A stretch of 56,566 bases of DNA. Source: a virus. The notes beneath the pieces were generated by a model, which was not told the origin of the DNA, searched no databases, and was given only the letters and a program-made list of their open reading frames with translations. Shown here piece by piece: positions 36,063-45,632 of the stretch. Made by a program: the position numbers and the translations under genes. Position 1 is the stretch's first letter. Each line of letters opens with the position of its first letter. The stretch is from positions 1 through 56,566 of the IMG/VR virus record IMGVR_UViG_3300045988_014023; one strand, given 5' to 3'.

Positions 36063-36521
36063 CTACTTAATATTCTTCCGAAGAAGAAACAAATCCGTGG
36101 TCAATCCTTCATCAGCAACGCCTTTTACGATGTAATCTGCGGTTTCTGAATCCACAAGTCCATCATCAGTGCGTTTGACTTCCGAACGTTTCCACACAAC
36201 GTCACCGGCTTTCAGTGGCAAATATCCTTTATCCGTGACAAGCTGACAGTATGATGTACTATCATCAATTCCAAATTCTTTCACAAGGGCTTCTGACAGC
36301 TTATTGCTGATATTGGCTTGGAATGCCGTAGGTTCTGAAAACCCTTCAACTTCCTCGCCTTTTGGAATCTTGTTTCCTTCTGAATCTAAATAAGGTACAA
36401 AGTTCCCATCGGAATCCTTGTACCCTTCATAGACAATATCTCCATTTTCGTCAGTCTGCGGGATGAATATCCTCTGACCGGATTGCGAATACTTCATAGC
36501 CTGCTTATTAATATCAAGCAT
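36063..36521 (-). CDS. Neck/head-closure-position protein
   Basis: 152-aa ORF. No motif recognised. Confidence 0.35.
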   Translation of the reverse strand: MLDINKQAMKYSQSGQRIFIPQTDENGDIVYEGYKDSDGNFVPYLDSEGNKIPKGEEVEGFSEPTAFQANISNKLSEALVKEFGIDDSTSYCQLVTDKGYLPLKAGDVVWKRSEVKRTDDGLVDSETADYIVKGVADEGLTTDLFLLRKNIK

Positions 36522-36848
36522 TTACTTCACATCCTTGCCAAAACGCTTCCATAAATCGGATAATTTCTCCCAGCCAAACATTGCAACAAACGCAACGATA
36601 AAGCCTGCCATAATAGCCGCAAGTATCATATACCACAGTATCGTCATATGAATGTACTGCATATATGCGATAAACGCCGTAACTGTGATACCGATAGATA
36701 AAACGAACACAATTATGTCCGTAGGTACTTTATTGAATATGCTTATATTCTTGATTACCTGTGTAATTACAGATACAAGAAAAGCAATAACTCCGATAAT
36801 TGCTAATATAAGTGTCATGTTTGCAATTAATGTCTGAATAATATCCAT
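36522..36848 (-). CDS. Holin-like membrane protein (3 TM segments)
   Basis: 108 aa with three hydrophobic helices and a charged C-terminus (KLSDLWKRFGKDVK). Confidence 0.45.
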   Translation of the reverse strand: MDIIQTLIANMTLILAIIGVIAFLVSVITQVIKNISIFNKVPTDIIVFVLSIGITVTAFIAYMQYIHMTILWYMILAAIMAGFIVAFVAMFGWEKLSDLWKRFGKDVK

Positions 36849-36851
36849 TAT

Positions 36852-37175
36852 CTACACCTCCTTGTCATCATTAAGTCTTGTCTCTATGCCATCAATTCTG
36901 TGATGCGCCGACTTAACACTTTCTTCAACTTTAATTATCCTACTATCGTGAGAATTAAGCTCTTTCCGCATTTCTGTGACTTCGTTCTTAATCTCCGTTG
37001 TATTGTTGGATATTGCGTCAAGTTTCATATTTATTCGCGTGTTCTCTTTCACACGTTCTTCAAGTTCTACTCTGTCACTTCGTTTATCATTCTTAGAGTT
37101 GAATGATAAACTGAAAAATCCGAAAAAGACGGAAAAAGCAACTGAAATTATGCTTATAATTACTGCTATTGGCAT
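36852..37175 (-). CDS. BhlA/UviB-like holin-type protein (N-terminal TM + coiled coil)
   Basis: 107 aa. MPIAVIISIISVAFSVFFGFFSL followed by a coiled coil. The call rests on architecture only. Confidence 0.35.
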   Translation of the reverse strand: MPIAVIISIISVAFSVFFGFFSLSFNSKNDKRSDRVELEERVKENTRINMKLDAISNNTTEIKNEVTEMRKELNSHDSRIIKVEESVKSAHHRIDGIETRLNDDKEV

Positions 37176-37286
37176 TGATATACCGCCTTTCTAAATTAAT
37201 AGGCACACCGCCCACCACCCTTAATGTGTGCCGCCTGCTAACATATTGCTGACATCAGCAAAATGCTAACGCACAATCTTCTTTAA

Positions 37287-37646
37287 TTACATTGATTTTA
37301 CAAACGGAAACACTTCAGCAAAAAGGCTTTCACGGTCTTTCCATGTCCGGCTCACACCGTTTTCGGAGAAACTTGCCATGTACGCTTCTCCTGCCTGCGA
37401 CCGGTCGTACACTGCCAAATTGACCATAATGTTTTCATAGTTCTTAACATCACTGTCAATCTGGTCTTGCGTGTATGTGTCCGGATAGTTCCGTCTGCTG
37501 ATAACCTCTTTTCTTGCCTGCTCTAAAAGCTGTTCAATCAAAGGGTTATCTTCAAGGCCATCAAACACAACCTCGGAGGTTTCGCTATCAATATGAAATT
37601 GTTTCAATCTGATTTTTACTTGCTCCAAGGTTGTGTAATCTGCCAT
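37287..37646 (-). CDS. Head-tail connector (gp6-like)
   Basis: 119 aa directly after the capsid gene. The N-terminus TLEQVKIRLKQFHIDSE... is typical of gp6-like connectors. Confidence 0.6.
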   Translation of the reverse strand: MADYTTLEQVKIRLKQFHIDSETSEVVFDGLEDNPLIEQLLEQARKEVISRRNYPDTYTQDQIDSDVKNYENIMVNLAVYDRSQAGEAYMASFSENGVSRTWKDRESLFAEVFPFVKSM

Positions 37647-37656
37647 GATTTACCTC

Positions 37657-38973
37657 TTATTCATCTTTTGCGACAACTTTAGTGATTCCTGCCTTAACAG
37701 CACGATAGTTAGGATCGCATTCGATAATCATAATTTCTTTTCCGGTCTGTGCTTCAATCTCGGAAGTTCCGTCCCAGGTTGCGTAAGTCTTCACGTTTCC
37801 AAGATAAGGAGGAAGTTTGCAATCATCCGCTACCTTGTACTTGTAAGAATTATTAGAAGTCTTAGAAGGACTTACAGTAATTTTGGTGAAACCAGTGTCA
37901 GAAGAACTTGCTGCACTATTTACGACCAGAGTATCAAGTCCAGCTTCTCCCTCTGTCAGTGTTCCGATTACGATTCCGTAAGGGTTAGGCAGAACAGGAA
38001 TAAATACGCCGCTTGCCTTAGTCCATTCAGCAACAGGGTCTGGTGTCGCCCACTGTGAAATTGTAATGAACTGTTTCATGGAAAGACTGGTAAATGCACT
38101 TGCCTTTTCCTCTTCCGGGGTAACACCCCATAATCCAGTACCAACTCTTCCGTTTCCGTTAGAAGCATACAGAGTAAATACATTGTCGGGTAAGAATCTC
38201 TTAGGGGTTCTTGTGGTATTCTCCTTATTGGCAACTCCATACATATCATCATCAATCACCAAAGAAATACCGTACAGGCTCATTAACAGGTTATTTACTT
38301 CTGCCTGAGTAATAGCCATTCCAACAAAATTTACACCCTTAATAGCTTTCATAATGCCTTCGTTCTTAAGCATATAAGAACGCATTTTGGTAGAAGTTAA
38401 TGCGGTATTTACAACATATCCTTTATCAAGAGCCATTTGCACCATATCCGCAACATCACCAAGAATGTCATGTGTAGGGTCTTCCCAACCTTTGAGTGTC
38501 TTAAACTTATTGACCTGGAAGTCAATAGCAAAATTAAGACCGTTTTCGTTAATGGTCATCTTACCGGTAGACATAACTTCCATTTTTGCAATTTCAGTTC
38601 TTGTCTTTACGGAATCGGAAAGTCTTCCCATATCATCATACACATAATCAATGAGATTGCTTTCTCTTACTCCATGATTAAGAAGCTGGCGAAGTCTTTC
38701 AGACTGGTTGATTTTCTCCTTAATAAGCAGTTTCTCAACATTAACTTTCTCGAATCCCGGTCTGACACCAATAGCAGCTTCGGTATCAAACGCATGAACC
38801 ATAGCTGCGGTAGGTAAATCCATACCTTCGGAAAGCCTTTCGTATTCTGCTTCAAGGTTTTCTGTCTTAACGTCAGGAAAAAGTCTATCACCTACATAGT
38901 TTCTTGCGATAGAATAGTTCTGGGAAAAGTCCAGTCTATCCTTATCTGTAATCATTGTTAATACACTAGGCAT
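37657..38973 (-). CDS. Major capsid protein (lambda gpE-like family) with C-terminal Ig-like extension
   Basis: 438 aa. The N-terminus ...DRLDFSQNYSIARNYVGDRLFPDVKTENLEAEY... resembles Phage_cap_E. Follows the scaffold and decoration genes. Confidence 0.8.
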   Translation of the reverse strand: MPSVLTMITDKDRLDFSQNYSIARNYVGDRLFPDVKTENLEAEYERLSEGMDLPTAAMVHAFDTEAAIGVRPGFEKVNVEKLLIKEKINQSERLRQLLNHGVRESNLIDYVYDDMGRLSDSVKTRTEIAKMEVMSTGKMTINENGLNFAIDFQVNKFKTLKGWEDPTHDILGDVADMVQMALDKGYVVNTALTSTKMRSYMLKNEGIMKAIKGVNFVGMAITQAEVNNLLMSLYGISLVIDDDMYGVANKENTTRTPKRFLPDNVFTLYASNGNGRVGTGLWGVTPEEEKASAFTSLSMKQFITISQWATPDPVAEWTKASGVFIPVLPNPYGIVIGTLTEGEAGLDTLVVNSAASSSDTGFTKITVSPSKTSNNSYKYKVADDCKLPPYLGNVKTYATWDGTSEIEAQTGKEIMIIECDPNYRAVKAGITKVVAKDE

Positions 38974-38993
38974 ACTGTTTTTACCTCCGTAAT

Positions 38994-39317
38994 TTAATCA
39001 AAGTAAATTCCGCTTGTTTTAAGTGCGGTTTCGGCATTGGTATCTACTGCAACAGGCAAATTTGCCTTAATAACACGGCCTGCAATAATTACAGAAATGG
39101 GCTTCTTTGCGTCATCTGTAATATCAACATCTTCAAAGACAATTCCCTTTGCAGAAGCGTCATTTGCGGGAACTACAGTTCCTGCCTTGATAATCTTCTT
39201 ATCATCTACCTGTGTTGCCATTGCCTGTGTTCCCTCAAAGGTTTTTAACACAAGTCCGACTTCACTTGCTAAAATGTTTACACCAGAAGTGTAAGTAGTG
39301 GTTTTCATATAAGCCAT
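38994..39317 (-). CDS. Head decoration-like protein
   Basis: 107 aa between the scaffold and capsid genes. ...AKGIVFEDVDITDDAKKPISVIIAGRVIKANLP... resembles gpD/DUF2190-type proteins. Confidence 0.5.
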   Translation of the reverse strand: MAYMKTTTYTSGVNILASEVGLVLKTFEGTQAMATQVDDKKIIKAGTVVPANDASAKGIVFEDVDITDDAKKPISVIIAGRVIKANLPVAVDTNAETALKTSGIYFD

Positions 39318-39336
39318 AACGTTTATACCTCCTTGC

Positions 39337-39861
39337 TTACTGTTCGATTACATAGCGCTGATTATATTTCTTTGCCATTTCAGCGCCTTTGCTTTCAGTT
39401 CCATCTCCACCGCCAGCCGTGCCACCGCCCGGATTGGTACTGCCATTTGCAATCTCCTGTTCCTTGGCCTGCGCTGCGGCGGTCTCTTTTTCAGAGATAA
39501 TCTTTCCAAGAACGTCATAATCAAAGCTGCCATCGTCTTTTACGATTTGTGTTGCCTGCTCTGCGGTAACATTAAATTTAGATGCGGCATCGGCTCTCTG
39601 CGTGGCTATTGCCTGCGCTTTTTCAAGTTCCGCGATTCTCGCATTGGCTTTTTCGAGGTTCTTATTTGCCTGCTCGACTTCCGTGAGCTTTCCCTGTTCG
39701 ATATCATCAAGCTGCTTCTGCAACTCTTCGACTTTGTCAGCCTTTGTCTTGTACTCGTCAGCCTTTGCTTTGGCTTTCTGTACGGAACTTCCATAATCTG
39801 CCATGATCTTGTCCGCGTTTTCCTCGCTTAATCCCATAGCAATCAGATCTTCTCTTTTCAT
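39337..39861 (-). CDS. Scaffolding protein (DUF4355-like)
   Basis: 174 aa, helical and K/E/A-rich. MKREDLIAMGLSEENADKIMADY... Sits between the portal and capsid genes. Confidence 0.7.
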   Translation of the reverse strand: MKREDLIAMGLSEENADKIMADYGSSVQKAKAKADEYKTKADKVEELQKQLDDIEQGKLTEVEQANKNLEKANARIAELEKAQAIATQRADAASKFNVTAEQATQIVKDDGSFDYDVLGKIISEKETAAAQAKEQEIANGSTNPGGGTAGGGDGTESKGAEMAKKYNQRYVIEQ

Positions 39862-39976
39862 CCATTACCTCCGATATGTCATACGAATTTTTATACGGTG
39901 CAACGACACCGAACGACATTGTTGATTTTTACGCTCACAACTTTGCGAATTTTTATAAAATAAAAACAGCCACCGA

Positions 39977-41437
39977 TTACTCGGTGACCGTCTTATCTTT
40001 GTTTATTTGGCCCTGTGTGCCATCTGTATTCATTTTATTTATCAATTCTTGTGCTTTCTGTTCCTGTGATTCTGCATCATCAATCGTTTTCCACAAATTA
40101 TCCAAGTATGGCTTTGACAACAGGAATGTCTTTTCTGCATCTCCCCATAACCCAACCGACTTGATTGCGACAAGTGGATGAATACCGGCTTGTAAAAGCT
40201 GATATAATGTCTGTGACTTGGTATACATATTGTCTTGCGGGCTATGGTTAATCTGAACATCAAAGTCGCGCAAACTCAATCCCAAATCGTGATCCTGTAT
40301 ACGAATCACATTCAAAACAACTTTCGCAAGTCTTTTTTCAGCCGACTTTACAATTGGGTCTTTCAGCTTTGCTCTCGACTTCGAGAAGTCCCATCCGTTT
40401 CTAAGTTCAACCGCTCCCTGTGTATCTCCACCGGAATTATTGTTGTTCTTATTTGGTATAGCAAGAATGGACTGTGCATTGTCCCACAAATCATCCTTTG
40501 CGACTTGGCACTCGGTCTGATTCAGCTCTTGTGTCATAATGTCAACATCTGATTTATTCTGCTCATTATTGGATTTTACCGTCAGTGCATGGGAAATCTT
40601 CATTTCTTCAAAGGTTTTCGGGTCGATTTCGCAATTTACAAACTTTATCCAAAACTGAACAAACTGCTCAACACCATCCATTCGGTTTGACTGCATTGTA
40701 TTGATTGCATCTAATAGTCCGATCACAAGCTCAATATCAGAAATGCGCTCATGGTTGTTCGGAAACTCAACAATTGGGATTCCACCAAAAGCATGCAGTT
40801 GCCAATCTCGAACCTCTCCGTTCACAATCTTGCACTCATAAGAGTCCGTGTAGCAGAGTTTATACATCTGTCCATCGGCATCTTTAAGCTCTTGGATTGC
40901 TAAAAGTGGTTCTTCTGTGGAACGACTGTAGATAACAAAAGTATTCATTGGTGTCGGTGCGACAATTCTAAATGGTATATCTCCATTTTTTGTAATCTGC
41001 ACCGCCTTAAATGACGTTCCGGTTGCTGATTGCCACTCTCCTGCCTTAATGTCCTTTTCCTGCTTATTAGCATCGGTCAGATAATCGTTAAATTCATCAA
41101 CCGCATTGTTTATCCGGTCATCGTCTTTCCTACTGATAAGCTGAATTGGCTCACCGTAAGTCTGACCAACCTTGAATTGAACAATCTCATAGGCATGGTT
41201 TTCAGATACTTTATTGGTTATATCCGCATTCTGTACCTTTGTTCGGTACAATACAGGCTGATCGCCCTTGTAGTAGTTCCACAGATACCGAATAATCGTC
41301 TTGTTGAAATAAAATGCACCGATGCAGTTTCCCACAACCTTTATGATGTTGTCTGCCGTAATGGTTTCAACATCCGTATATGTAATTTTTCTTCCATATC
41401 TGCCTTTTACAATGTCATGAAAATACTGTGTATTCAT
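39977..41437 (-). CDS. Portal protein (SPP1 gp6-like)
   Basis: 486 aa. ...IIRYLWNYYKGDQPVLYRTK... matches the SPP1-family portal N-terminal motif. Close to terL. Confidence 0.85.
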   Translation of the reverse strand: MNTQYFHDIVKGRYGRKITYTDVETITADNIIKVVGNCIGAFYFNKTIIRYLWNYYKGDQPVLYRTKVQNADITNKVSENHAYEIVQFKVGQTYGEPIQLISRKDDDRINNAVDEFNDYLTDANKQEKDIKAGEWQSATGTSFKAVQITKNGDIPFRIVAPTPMNTFVIYSRSTEEPLLAIQELKDADGQMYKLCYTDSYECKIVNGEVRDWQLHAFGGIPIVEFPNNHERISDIELVIGLLDAINTMQSNRMDGVEQFVQFWIKFVNCEIDPKTFEEMKISHALTVKSNNEQNKSDVDIMTQELNQTECQVAKDDLWDNAQSILAIPNKNNNNSGGDTQGAVELRNGWDFSKSRAKLKDPIVKSAEKRLAKVVLNVIRIQDHDLGLSLRDFDVQINHSPQDNMYTKSQTLYQLLQAGIHPLVAIKSVGLWGDAEKTFLLSKPYLDNLWKTIDDAESQEQKAQELINKMNTDGTQGQINKDKTVTE

Positions 41438-41625
41438 ATAAATAAAACTCCACTACTGCAAGCGCGTTTCGGTATTGGCTTCGTTTCAATTTTGCCTGTT
41501 GCCACGCGATAAATTACAATATGATTGCATTTTTTACATTTACATGGATGGTCTATCGTAGATCTCCCATCATAATGTCCAGCAATTCTTCCGCAATCCG
41601 GGCAATATATAGTTACTTTTTTCAT
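41434..41625 (-). CDS. Zn-ribbon mini-protein
   Basis: 63 aa with CPDC...CKCKKC. ATGA-type overlap with the portal start. Confidence 0.5.
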   Translation of the reverse strand: MKKVTIYCPDCGRIAGHYDGRSTIDHPCKCKKCNHIVIYRVATGKIETKPIPKRACSSGVLFI

Positions 41626-41642
41626 AGCAACCTCTTTCTTGT

Positions 41643-41676
41643 AAATAAAAAGGCACTGCCATTTCTGACAGTGTCT
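41643..41676 (-). terminator. Rho-independent terminator between the DUF1492-like gene and the portal operon
   Basis: Minus strand AGACACTG-10 nt-CAGTGCCT (7/8 bp) followed by TTTTTATTTAC. Confidence 0.5.
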
Positions 41677-41787
41677 TTTACGGGTTATACGCTTTTTGGG
41701 GGTTGTAGGAATTTGTTTTTCTACTCTTTTAGTATATCATGCAAGTTTTAGGAAATGTTGTGAAAGAGTGTGAACTATTGTGTACTT

Positions 41788-42222
41788 TTATGCACTCTTT
41801 TCAGAATAAAGTTGTCCATAACGTCTTTCAAACTCCTGCAATGCTCTTTTCCTAAGTTTCATAATGTTTCTGTAGGAATATTTCATCTCAACGGAAATCA
41901 AGTTCCAATCTTTTCCGTTGACATAATGCGATGAAAGCACGATATATACATCTGTATTATCCATACTGTCAATTTGTGATATGATAATACGTCTTTTATC
42001 AACCAATTCATCTACAAGTGTCTGAACCTCATTCTGCAAATCAACAATCTTCGATACCGCGCTCCCCATTTTGTCGGGATTGCCAGATGATTGCACATCC
42101 ACCTCTTTCGGAGATATAGATATAGAAGTTGCCATATCGGATAGCCTTTTAATTTCTTCCAGTTTATTTGCAATCGCATGGTCAATTCTGCTTATCTGTG
42201 AAAGATATTTGTCTGTTGTCAT
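41788..42222 (-). CDS. DUF1492/RinA-ArpU-like putative late transcriptional regulator
   Basis: 144 aa. The C-terminus ...YIVLSSHYVNGKDWNLISVEMKYSYRNIMKLRKRALQEFE resembles the sigma-70 region-4-like phage regulators. Confidence 0.45.
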   Translation of the reverse strand: MTTDKYLSQISRIDHAIANKLEEIKRLSDMATSISISPKEVDVQSSGNPDKMGSAVSKIVDLQNEVQTLVDELVDKRRIIISQIDSMDNTDVYIVLSSHYVNGKDWNLISVEMKYSYRNIMKLRKRALQEFERRYGQLYSEKSA

Positions 42223-42225
42223 ATC

Positions 42226-43974
42226 CTAATACCTCCTAAATGGGTTTACTGCCGCTTCTACCTTTGCTTGTGTTCCGCTTCGCATTTCGTTTTCAAACAA
42301 GGCAACTGAATCCGGTGCATCATCATGCTTTACTTTTCCACTTCTTGTCATGGTCGTAAGTTCTTTCATAAACTTGTAATATTGGCTCTGCCTGTCCATT
42401 TTATTGAAATCTCGGAAATAATAATCACGAATGATATTATCTCTCGCATTTTCCATTCGAGTTATTTTGTTTGAACAATTAAACTTGAACCGTGCGCTAC
42501 ATCTTCCGCCTTGCTTTTTTACAATGTCCATTACATCACGACCAAAATATTCTCCGGCACTGTTGCTCTCAAATGTAACCGTCTTTACGTTGTGCTTAAT
42601 AAGCATATTTGCGCATTCCGGCTTGGTAAACTGTGTTCCGGCATTATCAAACACTACATCTACGATATAAACCTCGTTGCCGTACACATATCCAATCGGC
42701 ATTGAGCAACTATCTTCTCCCTTATCAGCACTATCACAAGCCGCCATAATTGCATCTGGTTCTCGGTCAACAGGAAGTTCCTCAAAATAATTAAGCTCAT
42801 TCTCTGCAAACATTCGCCCTTTTGCTTCAAATGGTTCTTGCTGAAACTCTGCCGCCCACGTTTCTTCCGAAACAAGTTTTCTTTCCTTTTGGTAGTAACC
42901 GGTTGTGAATATCTTCCGCAATCCCTTTTTATCTTTTCGATAAATCTCCCAATTGCTTTCATCTGTGATCGGGTCAAGTGCCGGAATCGCAACTTCTTTC
43001 CATCTCCACTCCAATTCATCAGCTTTATTTTGTAAAGCCGTAATTGGGTCATACAAGCTGTATTTCGTTCCCTGTATGATAATAGGCGTTCCCTCTAATC
43101 GTCTACCAAGAACATCGTCTGTTACCTTCTCGCAAAGAAACTCTAATCTATCTCTATTTCGTGCTTCTTCATGGTTTTTAACACAGTCATCAATATAGAC
43201 AAGTACATTTGCTTCGGTACATCCTACGATTGCGCCATCAATCGGTCTACAAGTAAATGTTGGGAAGATATTTTTGCTTTTAAGGTCGATTGATAGATTT
43301 TCAGCACTTTTATAGTCCTTTTCGCCTATCTTTGTTGCTTCCGGGAAAACACTTAAGAATCTATTGTACGTGCTTTCTGTTTCAAAGCCTTGCAATAAGC
43401 CACCATAAAATCGCTTAACAAGTCCTTCGCCTTTTCCGACACCAAATATACTTCCGTCCGGGTCGCGTCCACCCATCATCTGCGCCAATTTCAGACCGCC
43501 TGTTGTTTTTCCGGTTCTTTTCGGTTGAGATACAGACAAAAAATCCAATTTTCCATCGTAAATCTCCTGGTATGCTCCGACTACAGGTTGTAGCACTTTT
43601 CTTCTCGGGAAATAAAATCTTTTCCATGGATCCTTTTCATCAATTTCAATGTAATAAAAAAAGCTGTCCACAAGATAGGCTGATTCATACATCAAAACAT
43701 CGTAAAATTGTTGAAGCACCTTGTATGTCGTATCATGTTCCCCGGCATACATTTCTAAGTCTGCAACTCTGCCACCTGTGTATTGCTTGACATAGCTTGC
43801 TATAAGTTGTTTCGCCCTTGCGGATATTTTCAATCCATAATCAACGTCATGCTCTGTCTTTAAGGCAACCGCTACGGCTTGTATGTATGCATCTATTACC
43901 TGTTCATCAACGCCTTTTCTCTGTATGTAGTTTTCATATCCATTTACTGCATTGATTAACTGCTTTGAAGCCAA
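42226..43974 (-). CDS. terL: Terminase large subunit
   Basis: 582 aa with a TTG start. Walker A-like SQPKRTGKTT, and a nuclease-domain Asp cluster ...IMAACDSADKGEDS... Confidence 0.85.
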   Translation of the reverse strand: MASKQLINAVNGYENYIQRKGVDEQVIDAYIQAVAVALKTEHDVDYGLKISARAKQLIASYVKQYTGGRVADLEMYAGEHDTTYKVLQQFYDVLMYESAYLVDSFFYYIEIDEKDPWKRFYFPRRKVLQPVVGAYQEIYDGKLDFLSVSQPKRTGKTTGGLKLAQMMGGRDPDGSIFGVGKGEGLVKRFYGGLLQGFETESTYNRFLSVFPEATKIGEKDYKSAENLSIDLKSKNIFPTFTCRPIDGAIVGCTEANVLVYIDDCVKNHEEARNRDRLEFLCEKVTDDVLGRRLEGTPIIIQGTKYSLYDPITALQNKADELEWRWKEVAIPALDPITDESNWEIYRKDKKGLRKIFTTGYYQKERKLVSEETWAAEFQQEPFEAKGRMFAENELNYFEELPVDREPDAIMAACDSADKGEDSCSMPIGYVYGNEVYIVDVVFDNAGTQFTKPECANMLIKHNVKTVTFESNSAGEYFGRDVMDIVKKQGGRCSARFKFNCSNKITRMENARDNIIRDYYFRDFNKMDRQSQYYKFMKELTTMTRSGKVKHDDAPDSVALFENEMRSGTQAKVEAAVNPFRRY

Positions 43975-44005
43975 ATAAAAAGCACCTCCGCAAAAGCAGA
44001 AGTGC
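43973..44005 (-). terminator. Terminator-like hairpin whose 3' arm contains the terL Shine-Dalgarno
   Basis: Minus strand GCACUUCUGC-UUUU-GCGGAGGUGC (10 bp including 2 G-U), then UUUUUAUUUG. GGAGGUG is the only RBS for the TTG start at 43974. Confidence 0.55.
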
Positions 44006-44170
44006 CTTGACCTCTGCCTATAATTTTTCTAGGTTAGCGACTACAGTCAATCTGTAGCCGGCAATATGCGTAGTCAGTAGTAAAAGCTATTCTTAGCACA
44101 CAAATATTGTACGCACCTCTTAGTGTTTTGGAAATTATTTAACGACTATTTTCTTCGTCTGAATTGTTAT

Positions 44171-44455
44171 TTATTTTATATCCGCAATGCTTTCCACAAA
44201 GCAATTGTAGTAGATATATCTCTTGCCGTTAAAATCAAACTTAACATATCCACCATTGTTTGTATCAATATCAATCTTGCCTTTATATGTTGCAAGTTCT
44301 TTACCATCTGCCGTATATACAGTAATTGTTCTCTGCATACCGCCATTGATATTGCTCTTAAAATCAATTACACTTCTTTCCCATTGTGCGGTACATCCTG
44401 TCATTCCAAAACACAATGTCAGCACTAATACAATTGCTATAATTTTCTTTTTCAT
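44171..44455 (-). CDS. Lipoprotein (DUF5052-like)
   Basis: Start at MKKKIIAIVLVLTLCFGMTGC (lipobox). ...TVYTADGKELATYKGKIDID...GKRYIYYN. Confidence 0.6.
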   Translation of the reverse strand: MKKKIIAIVLVLTLCFGMTGCTAQWERSVIDFKSNINGGMQRTITVYTADGKELATYKGKIDIDTNNGGYVKFDFNGKRYIYYNCFVESIADIK

Positions 44456-44466
44456 AAAATCTCCTT

Positions 44467-44700
44467 TCAATTCATACATAGAACTTTTTCGCAAACCTTA
44501 ATACATTCTTTTCTCTTCTCATCATTGGTGCACTTTCCATCTGCATTGTATCGGCAAGAAGTCAAGTTGCATTTTTTATTTGCATAAGCATTATTCACAT
44601 TATCAATCCATTCACGAAACGGAATATCGTTGATTGTGGCATTGTCTAATACCGTGTCAGCTATCTCCTGTACCATTTTTCTGTATTGAAATTCCATCAA
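44467..44700 (-). CDS. Hypothetical Cys-rich protein
   Basis: 77-aa ORF with several Cys in the C-terminal half. Confidence 0.45.
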   Translation of the reverse strand: MMEFQYRKMVQEIADTVLDNATINDIPFREWIDNVNNAYANKKCNLTSCRYNADGKCTNDEKRKECIKVCEKVLCMN

Positions 44701-44745
44701 TTATCGCTCCTTAAAGCAATGCCTCAAACAATTTTGGTATTTTCT

Positions 44746-44961
44746 TCATTTCCAATGCACCTTGAACCCTTTCTTTTTATACTCCCCTACGGCTTTTTTA
44801 AGGCTCATATCGTCCTCATACTTTTCATTCAGCATAATCACCACATTGCCTTTTTCAATGCCGTATATGTTGCAATTTGCAAGTTTCTTAGCCGTTCCAA
44901 GGATAGCTTTTGCCTGCTTGCGGCTCATTTCATAGGTTTGGGTTCCCATATTAACAGTCAT
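44746..44961 (-). CDS. Hypothetical protein
   Basis: 71-aa ORF in the operon. Confidence 0.45.
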   Translation of the reverse strand: MTVNMGTQTYEMSRKQAKAILGTAKKLANCNIYGIEKGNVVIMLNEKYEDDMSLKKAVGEYKKKGFKVHWK

Positions 44962-45193
44962 TTCTCATAAACTCCTCAAAATCTTTCCTGCACTTAGGGC
45001 ATAATTCATAAGTTTTCTTAAGTTTTCCGCAAAATCTTGTTTTGTAAAGCTCGCACGAAATTTCATCTTCTGTAAATCTAGCTACCGGTTCTGAATATGT
45101 ACCACAAGGCACATATTGTAGCTGTTGTCTTGGCTTGAATTTTATTTCAGCACCGCACCTGTCGCAAGTGTGCCATTCTTTTTGATGTTTCAT
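44951..45193 (-). CDS. Zn-ribbon mini-protein
   Basis: Start at MKHQKEWHTCDRCG... A second CPKC pair lies near the C-terminus. Confidence 0.5.
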   Translation of the reverse strand: MKHQKEWHTCDRCGAEIKFKPRQQLQYVPCGTYSEPVARFTEDEISCELYKTRFCGKLKKTYELCPKCRKDFEEFMRNDC

Positions 45194-45360
45194 TCTTCCA
45201 CCAACTTTCTTCCGCAGATAGGGCAAAAATTAATTTTTACGGCTCCTGCAGCCTCTTTTCCATCGCTATTGTCGAAAATCATGTTATTTTCAGCTCCAAA
45301 AAGAACTAAATTTCCTTTACCATCAATGATTTTCTTTTTATTCCGACAAAAATCACACAT
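45190..45360 (-). CDS. Zn-ribbon mini-protein
   Basis: Start at MCDFCRNKK (GGGGAGGGG RBS) with a C-terminal CPICGRKL. Confidence 0.5.
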   Translation of the reverse strand: MCDFCRNKKKIIDGKGNLVLFGAENNMIFDNSDGKEAAGAVKINFCPICGRKLVEE

Positions 45361-45538
45361 TCTTCCGCCCCTCCCCTTTATTAAATACCACGTTTTCAAA
45401 TATTGCCGTTTCCACCTTATCCGGCTGACTTTCTGGAACGTTCCTTGCCGGAATCTGTGTAAATAGGTATTTGCAATAAGGGCACCCATTAACTTCGGAG
45501 TCAAGTATTAGCATTCCACAACACAAGCAACTTGTCAT
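45353..45538 (-). CDS. Zn-ribbon mini-protein
   Basis: 61 aa with CLCCG...CPYC. Confidence 0.45.
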   Translation of the reverse strand: MTSCLCCGMLILDSEVNGCPYCKYLFTQIPARNVPESQPDKVETAIFENVVFNKGEGRKNV

Positions 45539-45632
45539 AATTCACACCCCAATCATAGCAAAAATCGGAATCCCCGTGAGATTCCGTGTCTTTTGTTTGA
45601 TATAAATATTCCACAATGTTTTTACCATCGAA

